From assembly GCA_030589945.1 (NCBI GenBank), contig JAUUZN010000001.1:1-63195 (forward strand): a DNA stretch of 63,195 bases, written 5' to 3'. Each line of letters opens with the position of its first letter. Position 1 is the first letter of the stretch. The notes below the pieces were generated by a model. That model searched no databases and was not told the DNA's origin. It saw only the letters and a list, made by a program, of their open reading frames with translations. Shown one piece after another: positions 1 through 9,865 of this stretch. A program made the translations under genes and the position numbers. Origin of the DNA: Gammaproteobacteria bacterium (lineage in GTDB: Bacteria > Pseudomonadota > Gammaproteobacteria > Enterobacterales > GCA-2746155).

Positions 1-309
1 CCTTCGGCATCCATGCCTCAGAGACCCCAGATTATAAAGGGCTGGCATTAGAACTCTTGCATCTTGTTTAATTTGATAGGGTGATGGGCGTCCCTGTAAA
101 CTTCCTTCGGCATCCATGCCTCAGAGACCCCAGATTATAAGGGGCTGGCATTAGAACTCTTGCATCTTGTTTAATTTGATAGGGTGATGGGCGTCCCTGT
201 AAGCTTCCTTCGGCATCCATGCCTCAGAGACCCCAGATTATAAGGGGCTGGTATTAGAGCTCTTGCATCTTGTTTAATTTGTTAGGGTGTTTGGCGTTTT
301 TGTAATTAA
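1..309. repeat. Tandem direct repeat, 103-bp unit, about 3 copies (1-103, 104-206, 207-309); array is cut by the window edge
   Basis: The motif 'ccttcggcatccatgcctcagagaccccagattataa' recurs at positions 1, 104 and 207, so the period is exactly 103. Copies 1 and 2 differ at 2 positions. Copy 3 diverges mainly in its last ~35 nt, which overlap the xseA 3' end. Confidence 0.95.
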
Positions 310-1671
310 ATTTTCTTTGTGTGTCTTTGTTACTTTGCTTTCTATGGCGCCTATCTTTAGGCTTGTTATTATTGTGTCGCCTTCGTTGATGTCTTTTGTG
401 TTATTCAGAATGTTGCCCTTTTTGTCTCGGGTGAGCGAATAGCCTCTTCCTAGGGTTGCTAGTGGGCTGATGTTATTCAAATGGTTGGCCAGTTCCTTTA
501 GGCGTTTTTCGTTTTCGGTGATTATTTTTTCATTGGCTAATATCAGGCGGTGTTTTAAGTTTTTACGTTGTTCTATGGCGGCCTTGATGATGTTGCTTGG
601 ATCCCGTTGTAACAGGCGTGAGCGGATTTGGTATAGGCGTTGATTGTAATCGGACAATGTTTCTTTCACCGAACTGGTGGCTCGGTGTTTTAGGAAGGTT
701 AATTGTTGATTTCTGCTGTTTATTGCATCTATAGGGTTTTGGAGTTGTCGGCTTAGCCAGTCTACCTTTTGTGCGTTGTTTTGAAGTTTTGTTTTAATCG
801 TTTGAATCAACCACAGATCGATGGCTTCTAGTTGTTGCATCATTTCAGCTTGATCGGGGGTTGTTTTTTCAGCTGCGGCTGATGGTGTTGGTGCTCTTAA
901 ATCTGATACATAATCAGCAATGGTAAAATCAACCTCATGTCCAATGCCTGTAACGATGGGTAGTTGGCACCCGTAAATGACTCTAGCCAATGCTTCATCG
1001 TTGAAACACCAGAGATCTTCAATTGAACCTCCTCCACGCACTAATAACAATAGATCAACTTCATTGCGTTGTTCCGCCAGCTTAATCTGATGGATAATTT
1101 GACTAGCCGCCTGATTTCCTTGAACTAAGCAAGGATAGATGACTAGTTTTTGAAGTGGATATCGTCTTCCAATAACACTGATCACGTCGTGGATTGCGGC
1201 ACCGGTTGCAGAAGTGACAATACCTATGCGCGGGTTTGATTGTTTAATTAACTTCTTATGGGCAGCATCAAAGAGTCCTTCAGAGTCGAGTTGAGCTTTA
1301 AGCTGCTCATACTGGCGTTGTAATTCTCCCGCACCCGAAGGTTCAAGGTATTCAACGATGAGTTGAAACTCACCGCGGGGCTCAAAAAGACTGACCCTAG
1401 CACGAATTAATACTTTCATCCCTTCTTCTGGAGGAATTTTACAACTGCGATTTGCACCTTTGAACATGGCACATCGGACTTGAGCATTGGCATCTTTTAA
1501 GCTGAAATACCAATGGCCTGAGGCGGGCATTGCAAGGTTCGATATCTCGGCTTCCATCCAGATGGTAGAAAATTCTCTTTCCAATGTCTGTTTACAACGA
1601 CGGTTTAGCTCTGAAACCGTATAAATCTTACGTTGATACTGATGTTGTTCGATGGTTTTAATGGGCGGCAT
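274..1671 (-). CDS. xseA: Exodeoxyribonuclease VII large subunit
   Basis: 465 aa. N-terminal OB-fold region 'YTVSELNRRCKQTLE', catalytic core 'LLLVRGGGSIEDLWCFNDE', coiled-coil C-terminus. Divergent from guaBA as in E. coli. Confidence 0.93.
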   Translation of the reverse strand: MPPIKTIEQHQYQRKIYTVSELNRRCKQTLEREFSTIWMEAEISNLAMPASGHWYFSLKDANAQVRCAMFKGANRSCKIPPEEGMKVLIRARVSLFEPRGEFQLIVEYLEPSGAGELQRQYEQLKAQLDSEGLFDAAHKKLIKQSNPRIGIVTSATGAAIHDVISVIGRRYPLQKLVIYPCLVQGNQAASQIIHQIKLAEQRNEVDLLLLVRGGGSIEDLWCFNDEALARVIYGCQLPIVTGIGHEVDFTIADYVSDLRAPTPSAAAEKTTPDQAEMMQQLEAIDLWLIQTIKTKLQNNAQKVDWLSRQLQNPIDAINSRNQQLTFLKHRATSSVKETLSDYNQRLYQIRSRLLQRDPSNIIKAAIEQRKNLKHRLILANEKIITENEKRLKELANHLNNISPLATLGRGYSLTRDKKGNILNNTKDINEGDTIITSLKIGAIESKVTKTHKENLITKTPNTLTN

Positions 1672-1789
1672 TCATCTCTCCTCTGTGGGAAAGTTTAACA
1701 ATAATCCTCCATAATTACCCTTTGTTTAGCGACAACCATAGAATTTTTTTAAATCTGCGTTAAAAACACTAAAAGAGTTGCTGATTGAT

Positions 1790-1818
1790 TTGTCCTTGTC
1801 CTAACAAGTCGCTATAAT
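1790..1818 (+). promoter_or_regulatory. Candidate sigma70 promoter for guaBA
   Basis: TTGTCC (1790-1795), 17-bp spacer, TATAAT (1813-1818). RBS-like GAAGGTGGA sits just before the ATG at 1861. Confidence 0.5.
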
Positions 1819-1860
1819 CCGCCTTTGGTTTTCGAGCCCCATATTTGAAGGTGGATAATT

Positions 1861-3324
1861 ATGAGAATCACCGAAGAAGCACTTACATTCGATGACGTTC
1901 TACTGCTTCCTGCGCACTCGCTCATCTTGCCCCAAGATGCCAGTCTAAGAACCCGTGTGTGTCGTGAAATTGAGTTAAACATACCCCTAGTTTCTGCTGC
2001 GATGGATACAGTGACCGAAGCGCGTCTTGCTATCGCACTTGCACAGGAAGGCGGTATTGGTTTTATTCATAAGAATATGATGATTGAAGAGCAGGCCGCA
2101 AATGTACGTAAGGTTAAAAAATATGAAAGCGGCGTTGTTACCCATCCTATTACCGTCGACCCAAGTACCACCATCCGTGAACTGAAAGAAATAACATCAC
2201 TGAATAAAATATCAGGTGTACCCGTGGTTGAGGGTGAGCACCTAGTGGGCATAGTCACATCGCGTGATGTTAGGTTTGAAACTCATCTAGATCGTCCCGT
2301 ATCGGTCGTTATGACACCGAAAGAACAGTTAGTAACGGTCAAGGAAAATGCAAAGTCTGAAGAAGTTTTAGCCTTAATGCATAAACATCGAATTGAAAGA
2401 GTATTGGTTATCGATGATGCCTTCCATTTACGAGGTCTAATCACGGTTAAAGATATTCAAAAAGCTGAAGATAAACCACTGGCTACAAAAGATTCTTATG
2501 GTCAGCTCAGAACTGGTGCTGCAGTAGGTACCGGTGCCGACACGGACGACCGTGTTGAAGCGCTTGTTGAAGCGGGTGTTGATATTATTTTAGTGGATAC
2601 TTCACACGGGCATTCTCAAGGTGTTCTAGACAGAATTGCAAAAGTTAAAGCTCAATATCCAGACCTCCAAATCATCGGCGGTAATGTTGCCACTGCTGAA
2701 GGTGCAAAAGCCATAGCAGCAGCTGGTGCTGATGGTGTAAAGGTTGGAATTGGACCAGGTTCAATCTGTACTACTCGAATAGTCACCGGAGTTGGTGTTC
2801 CTCAAATCTCGGCTATTAATAATGCAGTTGCTGGACTTAAAGGCACTGGAATCCCGGTTATTGCCGATGGTGGAATTCGTTATTCAGGAGATCTTGCTAA
2901 AGCAATTGTCGCTGGTGGCCACTGTGTCATGGTTGGCTCAATGCTTGCTGGCACTGATGAAGCTCCCGGAGAAGTGGAGCTCTATCAAGGACGTTCTTAT
3001 AAATCTTATCGTGGAATGGGTTCCTTAGGTGCCATGTCACAGAAGTCAGGTTCAAGCGACCGATACTTCCAATCTTCAAGTGATCTCGATAAGTTAGTAC
3101 CCGAAGGGATTGAAGGTCGTGTACCTTACAAAGGCAGTTTACTGGCTATCGTCCATCAGATGATGGGTGGATTGCGAGCAAGTATGGGACTTACAGGCTG
3201 TGGAAATATTGACGAATTTCGTACTAAACCAGAGTTTGTAAAAGTTTCTGCTGCAGGGATGAATGAAAGTCACGTACATGACGTGAGTATCACTAAAGAA
3301 GCACCAAATTATCGCTCAAAATAG
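1861..3324 (+). CDS. guaB: IMP dehydrogenase
   Basis: 487 aa. '[15 protein letters not shown]', tandem CBS insert, catalytic loop '[11 protein letters not shown]'. Confidence 0.97.
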   Translation: MRITEEALTFDDVLLLPAHSLILPQDASLRTRVCREIELNIPLVSAAMDTVTEARLAIALAQEGGIGFIHKNMMIEEQAANVRKVKKYESGVVTHPITVDPSTTIRELKEITSLNKISGVPVVEGEHLVGIVTSRDVRFETHLDRPVSVVMTPKEQLVTVKENAKSEEVLALMHKHRIERVLVIDDAFHLRGLITVKDIQKAEDKPLATKDSYGQLRTGAAVGTGADTDDRVEALVEAGVDIILVDTSHGHSQGVLDRIAKVKAQYPDLQIIGGNVATAEGAKAIAAAGADGVKVGIGPGSICTTRIVTGVGVPQISAINNAVAGLKGTGIPVIADGGIRYSGDLAKAIVAGGHCVMVGSMLAGTDEAPGEVELYQGRSYKSYRGMGSLGAMSQKSGSSDRYFQSSSDLDKLVPEGIEGRVPYKGSLLAIVHQMMGGLRASMGLTGCGNIDEFRTKPEFVKVSAAGMNESHVHDVSITKEAPNYRSK

Positions 3325-3334
3325 GTTTTAAATC

Positions 3335-4912
3335 ATGTCACAAGACATCCATGCTCAACGTATCTTAATTCTTGATTTTGGTTCTCAGTTCACCCAATTG
3401 ATTGCTCGACGGGTGAGAGAGTTTGGAGTGTATTCTGAACTCCATGCCTATGACATGTCCGCAGAGTTATTAAGAGAATTTAAGCCTGATGGAATTATTC
3501 TCTCCGGTGGACCTGAGACAGTTACCGAAGCATCAACACCCAGAGCAAATGATTTAGTCTTTGAATTAGGCGTGCCTGTTCTTGGAATTTGCTACGGAAT
3601 GCAAACCATGGCCGCTCAATTGGGCGGAGAAGTCCAAACATCCGACGAGCGTGAATTTGGTTATGCGGAAGTTAAAGTTGAGTCTAACAACAAACTAATT
3701 CAAGATTTAGAAGATCATCTCTCAGCAGGTGGTTCCTCGATGCTAGATGTCTGGATGAGTCATGGCGATAAGGTAACGGCAATCCCTGAAGGATTTACCA
3801 CCATAGCATCGAGCGACAATGCCCCTTTTGCTGGAATGGCCGATGAGCAACGAAGATTTTATGGTATTCAGTTTCATCCTGAGGTCACACATACCAAACA
3901 GGGTGGCAAAATTATTCAGAACTTTATTCATGACATCTGCGGTTGTGATGACTTATGGAATTCAGGAAGTATTGTTACTGATGCTCTTGAGAAAATCAAA
4001 GAGCAGGTGGGTACCGATGAAGTCATCCTTGGACTATCTGGTGGAGTTGATTCCTCAGTAACGGCAGTGCTCCTACAGCAGGCCATTGGTACTCAACTTA
4101 CCTGTGTATTTGTTGATAATGGTCTGCTTCGGCTTGATGAAGGCGATCAGGTCATGGACATGTTCAGCGAGCATATGGGGATTAACGTCATCCGTGTAGA
4201 TGCTGAACAACGGTTTCTTGACGGCTTGAGAGGCGAGGCCGATCCTGAGGCAAAACGAAAAATTATTGGTAGAATTTTTGTTGAAATTTTCCAAGAAGAA
4301 GCCGATAAGCTAGATAATGCTAAATGGTTAGCCCAAGGCACCATCTATCCTGATGTAATCGAGTCAGCGGGTGCTAAAACGGGTAAAGCTCATGTTATTA
4401 AATCACACCATAATGTGGGTGGTTTACCCAAAGACATGAAGCTCAAACTTGTAGAGCCATTACAGGAATTGTTTAAAGACGAGGTTAGAAAGATTGGACT
4501 GGAGCTGGGTCTAGCCTATGACATGCTATACAGACATCCTTTCCCTGGTCCAGGTTTGGGTGTCAGAATATTAGGTGAAGTAAAGAAAGAGTTTGCAGAT
4601 CTACTCAGAAAAGCCGATGCAATCTTTATCGAAGAGCTCTATGCTGCCGACTGGTATCATAAGGTGAGTCAGGCGTTCACAGTGTTTCTCCCAGTACGCT
4701 CTGTTGGCGTAATGGGTGATGCCAGAAAGTATGACTACGTGGTTGCACTGCGAGCTGTTGAGACGGTTGATTTTATGACGGCTCGTTGGGCGCATCTTCC
4801 TTATGAATTGCTTGAACGTTGCTCGAACAGAATCATTAATGAAGTTGATGGTATTTCTCGGGTTACTTATGACGTCTCAAGCAAGCCTCCAGCTACCATT
4901 GAATGGGAATAA
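3335..4912 (+). CDS. guaA: GMP synthase (glutamine-hydrolysing)
   Basis: 525 aa. GATase '[20 protein letters not shown]...GICYGMQ', ATP-PPase 'GLSGGVDSS', C-terminal 'KPPATIEWE'. Lies 10 bp after guaB. Confidence 0.97.
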   Translation: MSQDIHAQRILILDFGSQFTQLIARRVREFGVYSELHAYDMSAELLREFKPDGIILSGGPETVTEASTPRANDLVFELGVPVLGICYGMQTMAAQLGGEVQTSDEREFGYAEVKVESNNKLIQDLEDHLSAGGSSMLDVWMSHGDKVTAIPEGFTTIASSDNAPFAGMADEQRRFYGIQFHPEVTHTKQGGKIIQNFIHDICGCDDLWNSGSIVTDALEKIKEQVGTDEVILGLSGGVDSSVTAVLLQQAIGTQLTCVFVDNGLLRLDEGDQVMDMFSEHMGINVIRVDAEQRFLDGLRGEADPEAKRKIIGRIFVEIFQEEADKLDNAKWLAQGTIYPDVIESAGAKTGKAHVIKSHHNVGGLPKDMKLKLVEPLQELFKDEVRKIGLELGLAYDMLYRHPFPGPGLGVRILGEVKKEFADLLRKADAIFIEELYAADWYHKVSQAFTVFLPVRSVGVMGDARKYDYVVALRAVETVDFMTARWAHLPYELLERCSNRIINEVDGISRVTYDVSSKPPATIEWE

Positions 4913-4946
4913 CCGTTAAACTGTTATCTAAGAAAGGAGCACTATT

Positions 4947-6128
4947 ATGACAAAGGATGTTTTAAAATTACTCACAGTATTATTCATTTTTTATTCACCA
5001 ACCCTCAATTATGCACAGGAACAGAAGACTAGCACTGAAGATTTCCAAAAAATATTTAAACTCTATCAGACAGCTATTACAAACAAAGAAAATGATAAAG
5101 CCGTCCTGTATGCTGAACAGGCATACAATGAAGGGCAGAAGCTTTATGGTAAAAGTCATCAAAATACAGCGGCCTTAGCGACTAATTATGCAATTAGCTA
5201 TTTATCCAGTATTTTAAAGTTAAAAAGAAGCGATAATAAATATAAAGAGCTGGTTCCATTATTTGAACAGGCTCTCGAAGTTAATAAATTAGCCTATGGT
5301 GAAGATTCTTTAAAACTAATAGAACCGCTGATTATGATGGGTAATATTCATAACAATTATCTGACTCAGAGCAAAAGAAGTATTCATTACTACAATCAAG
5401 CTTTGAGTATTGCAAAACAAACCCTTGAGTCTAGACCTCTGTATTATGCAGATTTGTCTTTGAGAATTGGTAAAGGCTTGCTACAGGCTCAAATGGGGAT
5501 ACGAAAGTCTAAAAAATATTTACAGGCGGCATATGACGAATATCATCAAAAATTAGATAATAGTGACCCTAGGGTTTCTGCGAGTGCCTTCTGGCTTGCA
5601 AAATACCATTACAGCCTTAAAAAGCATGATTCAGCTAAAAAATATTTTCTTGAAGTTATCGGTTTAAATGAAACTGCTAATCAAGGAATGACGAAGGATG
5701 ACGCTGAAAATATTAAGCAAAATATCAATAATTCAGAACGTGAAGAACATACTTTAGTAGCCTATGGATTTTTAGTGAATATTCTTGAAAAATCGGGTGA
5801 AAGCGAAGAAGCCACCCGTTATTGTCAGGCTATAGGAAAGATACAACCTTGGGACTCAGATCGAGATGTTAAACCAATCTTTCAAACTTTTCCTATTTGG
5901 CCTAAAAGTGCATTGAAAGCCGGCAAGGGCGGAATATTTAAAGTTAGCTTTACGGTTGATAAGCAGGGATTTGCTAAAGATGCAACATTGATTGAATCTA
6001 AGGGACATCGTAAATTAGGAGATGCGACTTTAAAATCTCTGAAAAAATGGCGGTTCGCTCCAAAATTTGAAAACGGTCAACCCGTAGAAGCGCAAACGAC
6101 CTATACGATGGAATTTAGGCTTCATTAA
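4947..6128 (+). CDS. Exported TPR-repeat protein with a C-terminal TonB-type domain
   Basis: 393 aa. Signal-like N-terminus 'LKLLTVLFIFYSPTLNYAQE', TPR-like helical repeats, and a last ~85 aa ('PIWPKSALKAGKGGIFKVSFTVDKQG...') that resemble TonB_C. No Pro-rich linker seen. Confidence 0.6.
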   Translation: MTKDVLKLLTVLFIFYSPTLNYAQEQKTSTEDFQKIFKLYQTAITNKENDKAVLYAEQAYNEGQKLYGKSHQNTAALATNYAISYLSSILKLKRSDNKYKELVPLFEQALEVNKLAYGEDSLKLIEPLIMMGNIHNNYLTQSKRSIHYYNQALSIAKQTLESRPLYYADLSLRIGKGLLQAQMGIRKSKKYLQAAYDEYHQKLDNSDPRVSASAFWLAKYHYSLKKHDSAKKYFLEVIGLNETANQGMTKDDAENIKQNINNSEREEHTLVAYGFLVNILEKSGESEEATRYCQAIGKIQPWDSDRDVKPIFQTFPIWPKSALKAGKGGIFKVSFTVDKQGFAKDATLIESKGHRKLGDATLKSLKKWRFAPKFENGQPVEAQTTYTMEFRLH

Positions 6129-6261
6129 CGCGTCCAATAGGTCTCTTTTTGATACTCTAATCTAAATATGGTTTATAATTCACACAGTCATTAAATACTA
6201 TTGTGCGAACAATAAATTATAATGTGGTATGTCTGTAGAACTCAAAAGGTGAGAACAATAT

Positions 6262-6669
6262 ATGTTTATTAAAAAAGCATGTTGCATGTTAATAATATTA
6301 TTGAGTACGCACACAATTCTAGCTTATCAATCAGGTGCTGAAAGAGAACTATCAAAGCAATTAACTGCTGCAGTTGCTGAAGTTAATTCTAGAACACCTT
6401 GGAAGCTCGATGAAGACACTCGCCTAGATTCCGCTGCGACCACCAGTAACTACATAATCTATACCAATACATTACTGAATTATTCTGTTGAGCAACTCGA
6501 TATAGTTCAGTTTGACAAGATCATTATTGAGTCAGTTATTGGTTCACTTTGTGCGAATAAAGACTTAAAAAGTTTTATTGAATTGAAGGTAATCATGGTT
6601 TATCGTTATTTAGATAAAAATGGACAATATGTCAGTGAACTTTCCAAAGATATGGCATCCTGTAATTAG
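6262..6669 (+). CDS. Hypothetical small exported protein
   Basis: 135 aa. Hydrophobic signal 'CCMLIILLSTHTILAYQ'. Two distal Cys (one C-terminal) could form a disulfide. No motif recognised. Confidence 0.5.
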   Translation: MFIKKACCMLIILLSTHTILAYQSGAERELSKQLTAAVAEVNSRTPWKLDEDTRLDSAATTSNYIIYTNTLLNYSVEQLDIVQFDKIIIESVIGSLCANKDLKSFIELKVIMVYRYLDKNGQYVSELSKDMASCN

Positions 6670-6684
6670 GGTAATCACTAAATC

Positions 6685-7371
6685 ATGACAGCAGATCAAC
6701 AGAGTTTCATAAATTCTCAGAAATTAACAGCCTGGGTAAAGTATGGTCTTTATCTACAGATAATAATCTCAGTCATAGCCAGCATTTCTGGGCTTATGGA
6801 ATATCAGTTACTTACAGATTACGCTACAGGCGTTTATGACTCTCAGGAGCAGGCAGAACTTGATGGAATCGCCAATGATGAAAGGCAAGGAGTTGTAGGA
6901 ATTATTCAAGTGATTATATTCATCGTTTCGGGTGTACTTATTCTCAAATGGATCCATCGTGCTAATTACAATTCAAGGCAACTAGGTGCAAAAGATTTAA
7001 TATATACACCTGGCTGGTCTGTTGGTTGGTATTTTGTACCAATCGCGACTTTATGGAAACCATTTGAAGCAATGAAAGAAATTTGGAAAGCAAGTCATAA
7101 GCCCGATGACTGGCAAGATGTTGAGGTCCCAAAACTTCTATCTTGGTGGTGGTCCCTATGGATAATTTCCACTCTTACGGGTAACGCTTCTTTTAGGCTC
7201 ACATTACGTGCAGAGGAATTGCAGGAGTTTATTAACGCTAATCTGGTTACCTTAGTCTCTGACTTATCTGCGATTCCACTGGCATTAATTATGATGAAAG
7301 TTGTTAGTGGTATCCATCAGGCGCAAATGAAAAATTCCAGACTTGAAGGCGCAACAATTGCAAGACAATGA
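6685..7371 (+). CDS. Trp-rich membrane protein (DUF4328-like)
   Basis: 228 aa, several TM segments. 'LKWIHRANYNSRQLG...PGWSVGWYFVPIATLWKPFEAMKEIW' matches my recollection of the DUF4328 signature. ATGA overlap with tadA. Confidence 0.5.
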   Translation: MTADQQSFINSQKLTAWVKYGLYLQIIISVIASISGLMEYQLLTDYATGVYDSQEQAELDGIANDERQGVVGIIQVIIFIVSGVLILKWIHRANYNSRQLGAKDLIYTPGWSVGWYFVPIATLWKPFEAMKEIWKASHKPDDWQDVEVPKLLSWWWSLWIISTLTGNASFRLTLRAEELQEFINANLVTLVSDLSAIPLALIMMKVVSGIHQAQMKNSRLEGATIARQ

Positions 7372-7859
7372 CTAATTTTTCAGATCAGGATAAAGCTTTC
7401 ATGCAAAGGGCCTATGATTTGGCTTTAAAGGCTGAATCAGTTGATGAGGTGCCTGTAGGTGCTGTACTAGTATTAAATAATGAAATTATTGGTGAAGGTT
7501 TTAACTCACCAATAAACAACAATGATCCTACAGCACATGCCGAAATCCAAGCTATTCGACAGGCTTCTGAAGCGCTCCAAAACTACCGACTTCCAACGAC
7601 TACTCTTTATGTAACATTGGAACCCTGTGCCATGTGCGCGGGTGCCTTGGTGCATGCTAGAATACAAAGACTTGTATTTGCTGCAAAAGATGCTAAAACT
7701 GGAGCATGCGGTAGTCAATTTAATGTGATTAGCAGTAATAATAAAAATCATCGGGTAAAATGTGAGAATGGTTTGATGGCATCTGAATCTGCGCAGTTAA
7801 TTAGTGATTTTTTTTCTCGACGAAGAACTGAAAAAAAAGCTATAAAAAATAACAATTAA
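7368..7859 (+). CDS. tadA: tRNA adenosine(34) deaminase
   Basis: 163 aa. CDA zinc motifs 'HAEIQAIR' and 'PCAMCAGAL'. Confidence 0.92.
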   Translation: MTNFSDQDKAFMQRAYDLALKAESVDEVPVGAVLVLNNEIIGEGFNSPINNNDPTAHAEIQAIRQASEALQNYRLPTTTLYVTLEPCAMCAGALVHARIQRLVFAAKDAKTGACGSQFNVISSNNKNHRVKCENGLMASESAQLISDFFSRRRTEKKAIKNNN

Positions 7860-7875
7860 AAAATAAGAAAAGGAA

Positions 7876-8574
7876 GTGTTTTTGTCAATTCATCCAATCT
7901 ATAAACATCGCTGGAGTGAACTGTTTGTTTGTGCAATTGTTGTTGCGCTAGTCTCTATGCTCATAAATGTTCAGAGTCCATCGGGCGTGATCATCATCGG
8001 TAGTCTTGCATCTACATCCTTGGCGGTTATGGTTGCACCCGGCTCACCGACCAACTCCATACGTTCGGTCCTTCTGAGTTATATCATTGCAATGTTTGTC
8101 TCGGTTACTGTAGGATTTGTATTCTCTTTTTATATCGATTCAATATTTAGTTCTTTAGTCGATAATCAAATGATCTTATTTTTTGTCAAGTTTTTAATCA
8201 TGTTGATGTTCACCTTATTTTTGTTTGGATATTTTAACGCTTATCACCCACCGTCCATTGGTGCGATGTTAACGTATACCATTGATACCGGTTTTGATGA
8301 CATTGGATTAATCATCGTTGTTCCTATGTCGGTAATTTTTATTCTTGCCTGTATAAAAAGTTACATCTATTACCGACATCCAGAACAATATAAATGGAGT
8401 GAGTTTGCACAAGAATTTTCAAAGTCCTATCGGAAAATCCACCGACAAGAGTTTAAAGTTATATCGAATAAAAAAGCGCTGCTGATAGCAAAAGCAATGA
8501 AAGATGAAGGTCTTGATGCTGACATGATTATTAAAACAACCAAGCTCACTGCTGCTGATGTTGAACATTTATAA
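7876..8574 (+). CDS. HPP-family integral membrane protein with a soluble C-terminal tail
   Basis: 232 aa, polytopic. 'NAYHPPSIGAM' contains the family-defining HPP motif. The start is uncertain: GTG 7876 abuts the AGGAAG RBS, and TTG 7882 is better spaced. Confidence 0.55.
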   Translation: MFLSIHPIYKHRWSELFVCAIVVALVSMLINVQSPSGVIIIGSLASTSLAVMVAPGSPTNSIRSVLLSYIIAMFVSVTVGFVFSFYIDSIFSSLVDNQMILFFVKFLIMLMFTLFLFGYFNAYHPPSIGAMLTYTIDTGFDDIGLIIVVPMSVIFILACIKSYIYYRHPEQYKWSEFAQEFSKSYRKIHRQEFKVISNKKALLIAKAMKDEGLDADMIIKTTKLTAADVEHL

Positions 8575-8745
8575 TCCTCCTCTAGATACCTGTACCCCTT
8601 AATCTATATGTCCTTCATCAGTTAATAAAATTTGCTGGGTGATGGTTAATTCACCCATTGTTTAAAATTAAATTTTCTAGGGTGTAATAATGTTTAAACA
8701 TACACCACTAACTTAGGTACAAATTTAATATTATTTAATTCGACT

Positions 8746-9234
8746 ATGAATACTGACTTTTACAAATCATCCATATTGCCTCATGCGGGTATCATCATCA
8801 AAATTTGCCGTGCCTATACCTATAATCAGCACGATTTTGAAGATTATTATCAAGAAGTTTGTCTGCAAATTTGGCGCTCAAGTGATAATTTTAATGGACA
8901 ATCAGAATGGTCTACTTGGATTTATAGATTGTCATTAAATGTTTGTATGACATTGTTCAAGAAATCAAAAAAAAATAAAGGATTTGTCACTCAAGAGATA
9001 CATGAAGATGCTGTTTATGAGACTACAGATTTTGAAGATGAATCTCTAAACCAGCTGTATGAGGCGATTCGTCGTCTCTCAGAAATCGACCGAGGTGTAA
9101 TACTACTCTATCTAGAAGAGCAAACTTACCAAGAAATTGCCGATATTTTCGCAACCAGTCCGAACAATATTGGTGTGCGAATAAAACGAATTAAACAAAG
9201 ATTAAGGAAATTACTCGATGAACAACACAATTGA
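8746..9234 (+). CDS. ECF-type RNA polymerase sigma factor
   Basis: 162 aa. Region 2 'YQEVCLQIWRS...WIYRLSLNVC', region 4 'YQEIADIFATSPNNIGVRIKRIKQRL'. Confidence 0.85.
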   Translation: MNTDFYKSSILPHAGIIIKICRAYTYNQHDFEDYYQEVCLQIWRSSDNFNGQSEWSTWIYRLSLNVCMTLFKKSKKNKGFVTQEIHEDAVYETTDFEDESLNQLYEAIRRLSEIDRGVILLYLEEQTYQEIADIFATSPNNIGVRIKRIKQRLRKLLDEQHN

Positions 9235-9859
9235 AAGTATTTGGAAAAACGGTTTTGTCGATGATGAGACTCTCATTGTTCCAAATGTTAATAACCTCTA
9301 TGACAGAAAATCAATTCACCTTATTGATCAGATGAAAGGCATGTTCCGATCAAATTTAAACGCAATTGCTATCGGCTCTGTTCTACAATTCACTGCACTA
9401 TTTATGATGGGTATTCCAATCACAGGGCTTATTATATTTTTGATTCTTGCAACCATTGTATTTTTTGGTAATAAAGAAATGAAAAGACTTGATACCATTG
9501 ATAAATCTGAGAATAGCTACAAATACATGAAAGATTTTAATCAATGGACTAAGCATCAAATTACACATTACACAAGATTGTATCGTTTTGTCTATCCCAT
9601 GTTTTTACTTAGTTTTCCCATTGGCATTTGGTTCTCTGATAAAAAGCAGGCAGCACTTGCAGAGCTACAACTTATGTTTCCTGATTCAGTATCATTATCA
9701 GGTGTGCCCATAACTGTTATTGCTCTATTAATCCTGATGACGGTAATACTAAGCTTCTCCGGAGGTGCTCTTTACCGATTTGAACTAGGGTTAATGTATG
9801 GAAAGGTGATTACAAAACTTGAGGAAATCATTGCTGACATGGAAGAGTTGCGAAGCTAA
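9218..9859 (+). CDS. Membrane protein translationally coupled to the ECF sigma (possible anti-sigma partner)
   Basis: 213 aa, about 4 TM segments. Overlaps the sigma gene by 17 nt. No HxxxCxxC zinc anti-sigma motif seen. Confidence 0.4.
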   Translation: MNNTIESIWKNGFVDDETLIVPNVNNLYDRKSIHLIDQMKGMFRSNLNAIAIGSVLQFTALFMMGIPITGLIIFLILATIVFFGNKEMKRLDTIDKSENSYKYMKDFNQWTKHQITHYTRLYRFVYPMFLLSFPIGIWFSDKKQAALAELQLMFPDSVSLSGVPITVIALLILMTVILSFSGGALYRFELGLMYGKVITKLEEIIADMEELRS

Positions 9860-9865
9860 AAGTCG

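Noticed and set aside
1-309. Possible CRISPR array (also considered for 24302-24441)
   Set aside because: The 103-bp units abut with no unique spacers. The 24.3-kb cluster consists of inverted, not regularly spaced direct, repeats. No cas genes are in the window.
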